DNA from: Tubulanus polymorphus
Taxonomy: Eukaryota > Animalia > Nemertea
Direction: 5' to 3'
Assembly (NCBI RefSeq): GCF_964204645.1
Contig: NC_134028.1
Span: forward strand, 5,208,001-5,272,000
Length of the DNA stretch: 64,000 nt
Shown here: positions 39,501 through 52,295 of the stretch, in pieces
Numbering within the stretch: position 1 is the stretch's first letter
Layout: each line of letters begins with the position of its first letter
Notes under the pieces: model-generated
What the model saw: only the letters and a program-made list of their open reading frames with translations
What the model was told of the DNA's origin: nothing
The model's database searches: none
Position numbers and translations under genes: made by a program

Positions 39501-42500
39501 AAAAGATTTATATATTTTCTAGCAAGTTTTTGGCTAAAGACTGTGAACTATGAGTAGCTGAATTATTGTGGGATTTCTCGTAGGTAACCTAAAGTTCAGA
39601 ACCCAGTTGTGAGTCAAATTAGACTCAATATTTAGATTAGAGTTAAAAAGTGTAAATCGGGCAGAAGAATTGAGAAGGATTCATCATATTCATTCAGGTT
39701 GTCGACAAGTTGCAAGCTCTAAACGACCAGTTCGAAGCGATGACTCAGAAGAAGAAAGAATTAGAAGACAACATCGAGATCTGTTCGCAGAAACTCGTAC
39801 GAGCGGAGAAACTGATCGGTGGACTCGGCGGCGAGAAGGATCGATGGACCGAGATGGCGAATATGCTCGGAGAACGATATTATAACATAACCGGTGATGT
39901 GTTGATTAGTTCCGGCGTTGTCGCGTATCTCGGCGCATTCACAGTAGATTTCAGACAGGTTTGTTCTCGAATTCAAGTGAATAAAATCCTTGGAAAATGA
40001 GAATATTTTGGTGGATGTTGACATCGTCTTCATATTCGATTTTTAGGAAATAGTCGGCGATTGGCATAAAATGTGTCAAGAGAAACAGATTCCGTGTTCG
40101 GCTCATTTCTCGTTGAACGGCACGTTAGGCGAACCGGTGAAGATTCGAGCCTGGCAGATCGCCGGGTTACCGGTTGATAACTTCAGCTGCGATAACGGTA
40201 TCATCGTAGATAACTCGCGAAGATGGCCTCTGATGATTGATCCGCAGGGTATGTAGTGAGCTTGTGCGCTAAAATTCTGGGGCTGCAGTTACTCAAAAGT
40301 TGGTTAGAATTAACCAGTGGATAGTTGACATAATGACAATTAAAAGTTACTATGGTATCTATCCCTTAGTTATCTTGCACCAACCTTTGAGCAAACAGGC
40401 CCCTGATGTAATGATGAGTAGGCCTATCTTGAAGCTGCTGTGTGGTGTTATTTGAATGCGATAGATTGCAACATTTTTAGATTGTATGCTGTTATCTTTT
40501 TCTATACATAGGTCAAGCTAATAAATGGGTGAAAAACATGGAAAAAGCGAATAAAATCAGCATAATCAAACTGTCCGATCCGAACTATACGAGAATACTG
40601 GAGAACTGTATTCAGTTCGGAACGCCGTGTTTATTGGAGAACATCGCCGAGGAACTCGATCCGTTGCTCGAACCGATTCTTCAGAAACAAACATTCAAAC
40701 AGCAAGGAGTTGAATATATCCGTCTGGGAGATAATGTTATTGAATACTCGCAGGATTTCAGATTTTACATTACCACCAGGCTCAGAAATCCACATTATCT
40801 ACCCGAAATCTCTGTGAAGGTAAGTTTTCGAAGACTGGGACTTCAACTTTTGCAGCACCTGATACCGAGTGAAGATTCAAATTTACGTTCGTTCATTTTT
40901 TCAGGTAACGCTGGTGAATTTCATGATTACGCCTCAAGGTTTAGAGGATCAGTTGCTCGGTCTCGTCGCCGCTAAAGAGAAACCCGAACTCGAAGAGAAG
41001 AAAAATCAACTGATTTTAGAATCAGCTGCGAACAAGAAACAACTGAAAGAAATCGAAGATAAAATTCTCGAAGTTTTGTCAAGCTCAGAGGTGAGCCTAG
41101 TTTCTTGCTCAATATAACAAACCCACTTTAGATGATATGATCATTGAATACATGCCCATATCGTGAAGGGGTTCAGGGGCTTCGATAGAACCTGACAGAA
41201 AATGATTTAGTTCCACTTATTTTTGATTTTGAAAATTATTCTGCTAAAAGATTACACTAAACACTGATACTACAATATACATTAGATGTGTTCGATTATT
41301 TAGACCTTCGATCAACTGGAATCGCTCAGAGCCCATATCTGAGCATAAGATTTTCAAGATCTTTCCAGGGGAGGGTCCCTATAAATTTCCAACAAAAATT
41401 ACAAATGAACCCACCTACATATTTCTCACTCTACGCGCCTGTAATATGAATTTCAATGTTCGACTTACTTTTTTCAGGGAAATATCCTTGAAGACGAGAG
41501 CGCGATCAAGATTCTTTCGTCGTCTAAAACATTGTCGGAAGAGATTTCCGTAAAACAAGAGATCGCTACGGCTACAGAGAAAGAAATCGATGAAACTCGA
41601 AGCGGTTATTTACCCGTAGCGAAACACTCGTCGATTCTGTTCTTCTGTATCTCGGATCTGGCTAATATCGAACCTATGTATCAATATTCATTAACCTGGT
41701 TTATCAACTTGTATCTGCAGGTATGTATTTCAAAACGAACCGACTTATCCCCCGTCTCTTTCACATTTTGAAATTATACGATTTTTACTCCTTTCTTTTC
41801 CAGTCAATTATAAACAGTACCCCGTCGTCAGATCTCGAGGAGAGAATTGAGAATTTGAACGAACATTTCACACTGAGTATCTACCGCAATGTCTGTCGTT
41901 CGTTGTTTGAGAAGGATAAACTACTGTTCTCGTTTATATTGTGCGTTGGTATCATGACCGGACAGTAAGTATTCTATTCCATCCGCTTATCTTCATTTTC
42001 TGATATTTCAAACTTAACCATATCGTGGACTGTTATTTTCTCGAACAGAGGTAAAATCGACGACACGGTTTGGCGATTCCTGCTCACCGGAGGTGTCGCG
42101 TTGGAAAATCCGTACCCGAATCCGGCCGCGGAATGGCTCACCGATAAATCCTGGTCGGAACTCGTGCGAGCTTCGAATCTACCAAATCTCAACGGTTTAA
42201 TGGAACGTAAGTGTAATAAAAATATTAAATCGGCATCCCTGAAACTTCAGTCCTGGGTCTCTGATAAGATAAGCTTATTTCTTCTTGATTTACAAAATAT
42301 TCCGTTAGGCAGCCCTGAAAATCGAAAATTCGTAATCATGTTTTACAGATGTTCGAGAAAATCCCGATCTCTGGAGAGAGATGTACGATTCGGCGACTCC
42401 TCAAGATTTCAAATATCCGGCACCGTTTAACGTACTGAGCGGAATGGATCGAATGGTCGTGCTCAGGTGTTTGCGTCCGGATAAAATCGAGCCCGCCGTT

Positions 42501-45500
42501 CAAACGTTCATCGTCGATAACCTCGGGCAGACGTTCATTGAACCGCCGACTTTCGACCTCGCTGGGTCGTTCGCCGATTCCAATTGTTGCGCTCCGTTGA
42601 TTTTCATTCTGTCACCGGGAGCCGATCCGATGAACGCGTTGTTGAAGTTCGGCGAAGATATGGGTTATACCGGCTCGAAAATTCAAACTATCTCGCTCGG
42701 ACAAGGACAGGTAACGATTTGTTTCAATATAACGGGTTAATTCGAGTCACGCAGAATTGTTAATGAAATGCTTGTGGGTTTGTAGGGTCCGATTGCTGCT
42801 AAGATGATCGACAATGCTTTGAAAGACGGAAGCTGGGTTGTTTTACAGAACTGTCATTTAGCGACGAGCTGGATGCCAAAGCTTGAAAAAATCTGCGAAG
42901 AGGTGAGATTTATTTTATGAGATGAAAGAAAAGAAAAAGCTTCTGATAGAAATTGCTACATTTTATTCTTTGTAATTTTAGGTCATTATCCCTGAAAGTA
43001 CGAACACTGATTTCCGATTGTGGTTGACTAGTTACCCATCAGATGAGTTCCCAGTTTCTATTCTACAAAATGGTAAGTATCGATAGCCGAACTAATTTTT
43101 CGCACAGTTGAGGGTTGTTTGTCAATTGCTATATTTTATAACTTCAGGTGTGAAAATGACAAATGAACCGCCAAAAGGTTTACGTTCAAATCTACTCCGT
43201 TCATATCTCAATGATCCGATATCAGATCCAGCATTCTTCAAAGGCTGTACTAGTGTAAGTATGAAAGATCTCATTGATCACCTAATTTTCCTATGGAGTA
43301 TGAATGATTGATCAAATACAAATGATTCTCTTTCAGTCTCATCGATGGCAGAAGATGTTGTTCGGTTTGTGTTTCTTCCACGCTCTCGTGCAGGAAAGGC
43401 GAAAGTTCGGACCGTTAGGCTGGAACATTCCTTACGAGTTCAATGAATCTGATTTACGTATCAGTATGAGACAAATGCAGGTACGAACAATGAAAGTTTG
43501 AATAGATTTTAATCTATGTGTTGATGAGCCTGTGGGCTCTGTGACTCTGTGATGTTAACTTTGGCATCTATATTGTTCATTTCATTGTTATCTTTACGTG
43601 AAAAAAAAATATTGTGTTTGTGATTCTGTGCATGGCTAGCTCCAAATGTTAAATTATATTTGTTTAAGCGTCTGAGTACTACCATTGCTGTATCTAGGAT
43701 TTAATTTTTTGTGAGATTTACATTAACTTATTTTCGCAATTGTGTATTGTAGATGTTTTTGAATGAATACGAAGAGCTTCCACTGGACGCGTTGATCTAT
43801 CTAACTGGTGAATGTAACTACGGAGGTCGTGTAACCGATGATAAAGATCGTCGTCTGCTCATCTCATTACTGTTGATATTCTATAATACGGATATCATCG
43901 ATAACGACGACTACAAGTTCTCGATGAGCGGCGTTTACTACGCCCCAAAACACGGCCCGTATCAGAATTATATCGATTACGTGCGCAGTTTACCGCTGAA
44001 TCCGAACCCGGAGGTGTACGGGTTACACGAGAACGCTGATATTACTAAAGACAACCAGGAAACACAACAGGTTAGTCTCAAACTGCCAGGACGGAGAATT
44101 ATTGAGAAAACAGGAGGGAATATCAAAGTTGGAGGGTTAATAGTTAAACGTAAAGGTTAAACTCTCAAGTTTTGGTGTACGGGATAAGTGCTATTGGTTT
44201 CTTCATGTCTTTAATGAGGACATTTCAGACTTAGGGGTCATTCATTTATTACGTACGCACCAAGGGAGGGGGAGGGGTCAGTGCAATTGCGTACTGTAAT
44301 GCTTAATGTATATGAAAAAATGGCCGATTTTGCGTACAGAGGGGGAGGGGGGGTTGAAAAATTCAAATTTTATGCGTACGTAATAAATGAATGATCCCTT
44401 AACCTTCTATAATTATGCTTATGTTACCAATTTCATATATGATTTCAGTTATTCGAGAATATTCTGTTGACTCTACCTCGACAAACGAGTAGTGGTGGTC
44501 GCTCTCCGGCTGACACTATACAAGATCTTGCTCAAGACATTCTTTCTAAACTACCGGCTAATTATAACATGGAAAAGGTTGGTTTAACATTTAATGCCCA
44601 AAAATGCTTCATCCAAGGAATTGGTCTATGTCTCCATCAATAAATCCTGCACATTCTAATTCTAATTCATTTCATGTTTGTTTTAGGTGATGGAAAAATA
44701 TCCAGTATTGTACAAAGAATCGATGAATACAGTTTTACGTCAGGAGTTGATTCGATACAACAGACTGGTGACAGTCGTACGAGCTTCGTTACAAAACTTA
44801 CTGAAAGCCATCAAAGGTTTAGTCGTTATGTCGGCCGAACTGGAGGACGTATTCGATTCGATGCTCATCGGTAAAGTGCCGGCGATGTGGGCCGCAAAAT
44901 CGTACCCATCGCTTAAACCGCTCGGTGGTTATGTATCCGATTTGATACTGAGGTAAAGATCGAAATAAAATTTCGAAACAAATTTTTTGAAATAGATGAA
45001 TAACTTTGATTTTTAAAGAAAAGATAACCATCAGCCTTGCCATTCATACATGTATTCAGTTTACAATTCGTCCTGTCATTTCAATCATTGGTCGTGTATC
45101 TCCTATTTTTAGATTGAAATTCTTCACTGACTGGATACAGAACGGAGCTCCGGTCACGTTTTGGTTGTCCGGATTCTACTTCACTCAGTCATTTTTGACC
45201 GGCGTGTCTCAGAATTACGCTCGTAAATATTCAATTCCGATCGATAAACTCGGATTCGAGTTCGAGGTGATGACGGCCGAAAAATCAATGCCGTCTATAC
45301 CAGAAGATGGAGCCTATATCTACGTAAGTCTTGAATCATAATGCGCTTTTCTGAATCTTTTCAAAAATGTTCAGTTTGTCATATTCGATGTTCGGTACTG
45401 TTTTTCAGGGGTTGTTCATAGAAGGAGCGAGATGGGATCGAGAGCTTCACGTTATCAACGAATCTCTGCCTAAGAGTTTGTTCGATACTATTCCTGTTGT

Positions 45501-46360
45501 ATCCTTTTGTTACATTTAACTTCAATCAGTGATCACGAAGACTGCACCAAACAGTTGTATATGATTGAGGTATCAATCATTTACATCATCATCATCATGC
45601 TGGTTCTGTCTCCTCAGTAGCTGGTGATCCTGAGGAGACAATCAATCCAACAGCTATTAGGCAGTTCGGTCTGGCATAATAATTAAATTCAACATACTAA
45701 ACAATCATAATAAATATATACATGATCAGGGGCTGGTTGCTCAAAGCTTGGTTAGATTTAACCATCCAATAACTACTATAGTGATAATGTAGTTTCAATT
45801 GTCACCATGGCAGTTATCCACTGGTCATCTATGACCAACTTGTTTTTGATCTTAAAATAGGGATTGTCCCTGTTATTTATTTGGTTGGTAAATTTCGACC
45901 AACTTTTAACAGGATGACCACTTACCTGCAAATCAGGGAATTCTTTTTTTTCTTTATAGAAGTCAGGGAATAAAAGGTGAATTATATAAAATGTCTTAGA
46001 ATCAGGGAAAAGTCAGGGAAATTTGTTGAGATATTTAGATTGCGTGTATGATCAATCAGTCGGCCACCCTGTTTAAGCAACGGACTCCTTATTCTAAAAT
46101 ATGTTTTTCCCGAGCTCCTTGTTTAAACTTTCCTTGACGATATTGCCTCGTAGATATGGCTAAAACCCGGCATCATCGAAGACTTCAAACCTCAACCGAT
46201 CTACAAATGTCCGATTTACAAGACGAGCGCGCGTAGAGGCACGCTATCGACGACCGGTCACTCGACTAACTTCGTCCTCTACATCGAAATACCGTCGAAT
46301 AAACCGCAGGAACACTGGGTGAACCGCGGCGTCGCCATCTTGTGTCAACTCGACGACTGA
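21531..46360 (+). CDS. DNAH3: Dynein axonemal heavy chain 3 (inner arm), many dozens of exons
   Basis: DNAH3-type N-terminus [15 protein letters not shown]...[19 protein letters not shown]; P-loops [24 protein letters not shown] and GIGGSGRQ; CFDEFNR; stalk/MTBD; C-terminus [18 protein letters not shown] at 46358-46360. The exact first exon is uncertain. Confidence 0.92.
29594..29714. repeat. Long imperfect palindrome (MITE-like) in a DNAH3 intron
   Basis: aagacaaattgtactttgaagg...aaaagtacaagctt / aagcttgtactttt...ccttcacagtacaatttgtctt. Confidence 0.7.
33750..33990 (-). mobile_element. Degraded non-LTR retrotransposon (CR1/L2-like) RT C-terminal fragment
   Basis: [22 protein letters not shown] resembles the LSY..RL..L.L..L..RR motif at the end of CR1/L2 ORF2. 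Confidence 0.35.
35888..36025 (-). mobile_element. Short tRNA-derived element bounded by TG...CA
   Basis: Minus strand has A-box TGGCTCAGCGG and B-box GAGTTCGAAGC; ends are tgtaac / gtcaca. Confidence 0.5.
44234..44398. mobile_element. PIF/Harbinger (Tourist-like) MITE
   Basis: TIR ggggtcattcatttattacgtacgca ... tgcgtacgtaataaatgaatgatccc with TTA TSD. Confidence 0.8.
45499..46153 (+). other. U12-type (minor spliceosome) GT-AG intron, last intron of DNAH3
   Basis: 5' site GTATCCTTT; branch site TTTCCTTGAC at 46129-46138; AG at 46152-46153; splicing joins FDTIPV to IWLKP in frame. Confidence 0.88.
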
Positions 46361-47421
46361 AAATACTCACGTTTACTTATATTTGTTATCTATGTTAAAA
46401 ACGTTATTTTTGTGTACAAATAATCTGTGATTTATTTTTTATCAATGAGAATTTTACGGCTATCGACAATTTAAGCAGTACTCGGTATATTTTCCGTCCT
46501 TCCGATTTACTATTTTCTGTAAAAAGCCATGAATCTATTATAGGAATTATTTCGTGTGTGTTTGTCTTTCAATTCAATATTATTAACATTCTTACATAAT
46601 GTCTTCCTGTAGAATTATTTTAGTGGAAAATTAGTGCCACTTCTAGTTACAGTATTTCCATGTTGTATTGCATGATGCCAATATCATCTCATATGTGCTT
46701 ATTTTTAAAGTTTTTGTTGCAAATCTCTCAAATCTCTTTTCGTTATCAGGCCAATACATATTTTCAGTTAGAATTTTACTTAATGGTGAATCATTGTGAA
46801 CCTATCCTTACCGGGTCTCATCCAGAATTGAATATGTTGTCTAACTCTCTGAATCCTGTCTTGATCTGTGATATGTATTTTCTAAGGTTAAATTCATCCG
46901 TCCAGTGGTACAGTACATTCTGCAGTATCATGTTCTTCGTTCAGGGTAGAAAAAAAAACTAACAAGCTAACTACGAGTTACTCAAGTTTATGAACAAACT
47001 GAATTCCTATTTGCCAAAATCTGTACAAATACATCATTATATCAATATTATTGTTAGTTTGTGGTATGTAGATAAGTGTAGGCCTTCTACGCCTCAATAT
47101 TTCTAACCCTAATTTAATTTTTGAGCAAAACCATTGTTGTTGTTGTTGTTTGTATAGATGATATATTTCTAAAACCCAAAAATGTCTAAAATGTTTACGT
47201 AAGTAGTTTGGATTGATTTAATAAATATGTATAGAATAGATACGATACAATATGTTGTTGTTTGTTTATTGTTTTTTTTTAAATGGAAATTCAATTTAAG
47301 GTCTTCGGTGGTCTGGAATGTAGTTATACGTGATTGATTGGCTACCGGTAGACAGGATTCGAACCTGGGCAAACCTATTCATCCATTCATTAATGTTTAC
47401 CACCCATTTTCATGTACGCAT

Positions 47422-48978
47422 GGTGGCAGCACTATATGGTCCCCTAGTGGTACTTCTGTGAACTAATGTTATGCTGGAGCTATGTATTATTAGTTCACAA
47501 AAATTCCACTAGGGGACTGTAAGGTGCTGCCACCTAACTATAAGCACACACACCCACAAGCCGCATTACATTAGTTCAGAGAAATTCCACTAGGGTCCAT
47601 ATGGTTGGTCCCCTGGCTATAGCCCGCATTACATTAGTTCAGAGAAATTCCACTAGGGGACTGTAAGGTGCTGCCACCTAACTATAAGCACACACACCCA
47701 CAAGCCGCATTACATTAGTTCAGAGAAATTCCACTAGGGTACCATATGGTTGGCCCCCTGGCTATAGCCCGCATTACATGAGTTCAGAGAAATTCCACTA
47801 GGGGACCATACGGTTGGCTCCCAGGGTATAGCCCGCATTACATTAGTTCAGAGAAATTCCACTAGGGGACTGTGAGGTGCTGCCACCTAACTATAAGCAC
47901 ACACACCCACAAGCCGCATTACATTAGTTCAGAGAAATTCCACTAGGGTACCATACGGTTGGCTCCCAGGCTATAGCCTGCATTACATTAGTTCAGAGAA
48001 ATTCCACTATGGTACCATATGGTTAGCCCCCTGGATATAGCCCGCATTACATTAGTTTAGCGAAATTCCACTAGGGGACCATACGGTTGGCTCCCAGGCT
48101 ATAGCCTGCATTACATTAGTTCGGAGAAATTCCACTATGGTACCATATGGTTGGCCCCCTGGATATAGCCCGCATTACATTAGTTCGGAGAAATTCCACT
48201 ATGGTACCATACGGTTGGCCCCCTGGATATAGCCCGCATTACATTAGTTCGGAGAAATTCCACTATGGTACCATACGGTTGGCCCCCTGGATATAGCCCG
48301 CATTACATTAGTTCGGAGAAATTCCACTATGGTACCATACGGTTGGCCCCCTGGATATAGCCCGCATTACATTAGTTCGGAGAAATTCCACTATGGTACC
48401 ATACGGTTGGCCCCCTGGATATAGCCCGCATTACATTAGTTCGGAGAAATTCCACTATGGTACCATACGGTTGGCCCCCTGGATATAGCCCGCATTACAT
48501 TAGTTCGGAGAAATTCCACTATGGTACCATACGGTTGGCCCCCTGGATATAGCCCGCATTACATTAGTTCGGAGAAATTCCACTATGGTACCATACGGTT
48601 GGCCCCCTGGATATAGCCCGCATTACATTAGTTCGGAGAAATTCCACTAGGGTACCATACGGTTAGCTCCCAGGCTATAGCCCGCATTACATTAGTTCAG
48701 AGAAATTCCACTAGGGTACCATATGGTTGGCCCCCTGGATATAGCCCGCATTACTTTAGTTCAGCGAAATTCCGCTAGGGGACCATACGGTTGGCTTCCT
48801 GGCTATAGCCCGCATTACATTAGTTCAGCGAAATTCCGCTAGGGGACCATACGGTTGGCATCCTGGCTATAGCCCGCATTACTTTAGTTCAGCGAAATTC
48901 CGCTAGGGGACCATATGGTTGGCTTCCTGGCTATAGCCCGCATTACATTAGTTCAGAGAAATTCTGCTAGGGGACTGC
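47422..48978. repeat. 64 bp satellite (plus a longer ~80 bp variant unit) beginning at a palindromic MITE
   Basis: Unit gcccgcattacattagttcggagaaattccactatggtaccatacggttggccccctggatata, more than 20 copies; the palindrome at 47422-47534 contains the same core in both orientations. Confidence 0.92.
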
Positions 48979-49161
48979 ATGCACCATTAGAATTTCAAAA
49001 CATGCTGTCCTATCTATCAATCACCATGGGTTCAGTCTTCAAACATTCCTAGGCCAGATATCACCGAAGCCAATATACTGATATCAATAAATTCAATAAT
49101 ATTCCACGAAGACAATAGATTTCGTTGTTATATCTTTATTTAATCATCATGAGATCATTTA

Positions 49162-51515
49162 TCAATTAGTCATGGGTAAAAATGACAATAAAAGACTAGC
49201 AAAGACACATGCCAGTATCACATCGACTAAAAGTCTCATTCCGCGCGATTGAGGCTTTTTGAACCTGCCTTGCTCTATATAATACTGTAACACTTCGTCC
49301 ATAGCGTTCTGTTTGGTGGGATTGTAACCCAATTCTGATCGAGCCTTTTCAATACTGAAATAATGAGTGATCCCTGTTTTGTATACCTGCAACAGAAGAA
49401 GAGGAGATTTAGTTTATTTATGAACGTAAGTCCTTTCTATCCGATTATGAAGAACCCCACCCCTAATTTTGTGTCTTATTAGACACAATATTGTATGTTA
49501 CAGACTGATAGTAAGTATTAATCATTTATGAACATGAATCATGATGTAAAGGACCAGGAAAAGCCACAAGTACTATTTGTTAAAGGATCTACAGTAGAAC
49601 CCGCTTAATTTGGATTATTTGGCACCAACAAAAATTCATCTGGTTTACAAAAAATCCGAATTAAAAGTCATTTCATTGTATATTAATGAACAAATGGACT
49701 GCAAATATTGTCGACTAAATCCGGATTAAGTGGGTTTGACTGTATTTTTTAATAAGTTAACATTTTGAATCAATAAAGGGTCTAAGTATTCTATTGTGAT
49801 AAAGGATGATAATGTAGTTACCTCAGTTCTGGTTAAAAGTGGTTGGAAGTTGTAAACTCGTCCAATTATGAAATGTAACCATTCTGTCAAAAATGCTGGA
49901 AAAAAATTCCAAAAATCATTTCAATCCGTATGAATAAACATCATAAATGAATACCAATGTAAGTGAATTACGTACCTATAAAAAACATGAAGTTAAACGG
50001 AAGTGAGACCTTCGGAAATGAGTAACCCAAACCTTCAACCTGAAAATCAAGATTACAATCTGAAGATATTTTCTCAATTCGAACCCTGACCCCTGTCCAA
50101 GCGTTCATACTAACCAAAGGTCTGAAGAATTCGAAATTGTTCACTGGTTTATTATCACAGATGAAATAAGCCTGACCAGCCTGAAAAAAGAAAGAATCGT
50201 ATTTTGATTAAGCGAAGCTGTCGTCCCCGTAAAGAGACTTGAACTAGTTATACTTACAGCTTTACAGGAGTGTTTTTCTGATAACTTTACGCCGGCTAAA
50301 TATTCAGCTTGTATCAGATTATCAGCGTGAAGAAAATCGACTAATGAATCTTTATCTCCGTACGTGAACACGAACAAACCCATCTCAATCAAAGACTGAA
50401 ATTAGAAATTAGGTTTTCTGATTAGAAAACCAGACCTCCGAGCTTCTTCCAGCCGCGGTCATTCGTCACAGTAATGAACCCAGTTCAACGATTGTCGAAG
50501 AACCACAGCGAGATGATCATAAAACAATGCAGTTTCTCATGGTTGTCATCTTATCGCAGTTCTACAAATCATATAACCCTCTAAACAGTTGATAATAACT
50601 GAAGGGTTAACTAAAGAATAAACTGAATCGACAGTTATCTGAAACAAACAACTGAAGCTGTGTCTCATATGACAAACAGCCAGCAGTATTTTATAGCCGT
50701 GGATGAACTGTTATGGTATCGATAAATCAATGAATAAATCAATGTAATCAATCGATTACTAACTATTATTCGCGGTAAATGGCGTTGTTCACCCGGTCCA
50801 TAAACTCCAGCAAGTCTCAGAGCGCACGTCTTCAACTCATCGCAGTCCGCGGCCAAAACTTTCTGCTCCGCTATTGACTTGGTACGACTATAATGGTCCG
50901 AATGCTGAATAAAAGACAACACGTTCTTTAAACACTGACACTCACTTAAATAACTACCGGTAAACCTATCTTCAGTAGTGGACCACAAAAAATCATACAA
51001 GTAGTGCGGCCCTTCAATTGGACTGAACTAATAGGACATTTCCACTTCAGTCAGTAGATCAAACATTGACTTAAAACCCTATCCGTGCTGACTAATGAAT
51101 CCCCTATAATTTGAAAATTTTGAAAAATTCCAGTCTAGTGGGTTGAATAATGGGAATACCACTATAGTGCATCTACACTGCGGTGCGATGTATCGTTAGA
51201 TATGTTTGACGGGTGCTGCCATCTTTCAATAGAGATAAAAACTAATAACATCAATACACCGCAATGCAGTGAACTAGCAAAATCCATCACCGATTCATAC
51301 ACCGCACCGCAGTGTAGACGCACTGAAAGAGTTTAAAAGATTCAACGTAACCGCAGCCAAATTAAATGGCTATTTTAAGAAAGCTTTGAAGATTGATACC
51401 TTGTTTAGAGGTAGATACGGTAATGTCTCATCGCCGTTGATTATTTCTTGCCCGCCGAACACCACATTATACGTACTCGTATAAACTAATCTACGCACAG
51501 TCTGTTTACGACATC
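49162..51515 (-). CDS. SDR42E1: Short-chain dehydrogenase/reductase 42E1 (3-beta-HSD-like), 3' seven exons; 5' exons not found in window
   Basis: [30 protein letters not shown] / [15 protein letters not shown] (YxxxK) ..[21 protein letters not shown] / [20 protein letters not shown] / VEGLGY / FQPLLTRTE / [21 protein letters not shown]; stop at 49162-49164. Confidence 0.9.
49592..49742. mobile_element. Tc1/mariner (pogo/Tigger-like) MITE
   Basis: ta-CAGTAGAACCCGCTTAAT ... ATTAAGTGGGTTTGACTG-ta. Confidence 0.7.
51166..51324. mobile_element. MITE in an SDR42E1 intron
   Basis: agtgcatctacactgcggtgcg ... cgcaccgcagtgtagacgcact. Confidence 0.7.
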
Positions 51516-52124
51516 CTGAAAATAAAAATCAACGTCTTCCCCATTTAAAAATTCTAATCGGCTGAAAATAGAAAGCGAACGCTAAAAAGGGGCGATATCG
51601 GATGGCATATTGTGAGTTTATCTGAAGGAAGATCGATGCATTACGGGGCTAGATTTGAGGTTTTTACGCTAAACTATAAGCCTCTCATTAATGAAACTAA
51701 AGGGTTGACTCGATAACATCAGCCGTTACCGATAAATAGAATAGAAGAAGTCCAAACCAAATCTAACTATATTAGAAAAAAAAGCAGGGGCAGCTCGATC
51801 AATATTTTTAGATCAAATAAAGTTAGGTTCTCACGATAAGTGTCAAAAGTGGTTTGAAATAGAATAGCTGAAAGCTGAGGAGTGGATGGAGTAATTGAAC
51901 TCTAAAAAGCTCAGTTGACGAGATGCACAGCAATGAGAGCTGCTACACATCGTTAGAGCGTTCAGTGAATTCTAAGCCTTCGTTTCTCCGTCAAAGTGCA
52001 CTTAATCTGGTCCATCAGGGTTTATGCAACAGGTTAATCTCGAGACCGAAATAATCTTTTTGCAGAGGATTAAACGAACTTCACATAAAGAACCTCGGGG
52101 GGGGGAGGCATAGATAGCACGTAA

Positions 52125-52295
52125 CAAGAGAGTGAGAGAGAGAAGCGGGAGAGAGCAGAGAGATAGGAGAGGGAGAGAGGGAGAGGAGAGGGAGAGAAAA
52201 GAGAGGAGAGAAAAGAGGGAGAGGGAAGGAGAGAGAGGGAAGGAGAGTGAGAGGGAGAGAGCGGGGTAGGGAGTAAGAGAAAGAGAGATACAGAA
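52125..52295 (+). repeat. Polypurine GA-rich tract
   Basis: ~170 bp of almost exclusively G/A. Confidence 0.85.

Noticed and set aside
26405-45043. Numerous antisense ORFs over DNAH3 (e.g. 38142-38654)
   Set aside because: Shadow frames of coding exons with no independent protein features.
47560-48978. CRISPR-like look of a constant ~35 bp repeat with variable intervening sequence
   Set aside because: The intervening segments are recurring variants of two sequences rather than unique spacers, there are no cas genes and the context is eukaryotic. It is a satellite.
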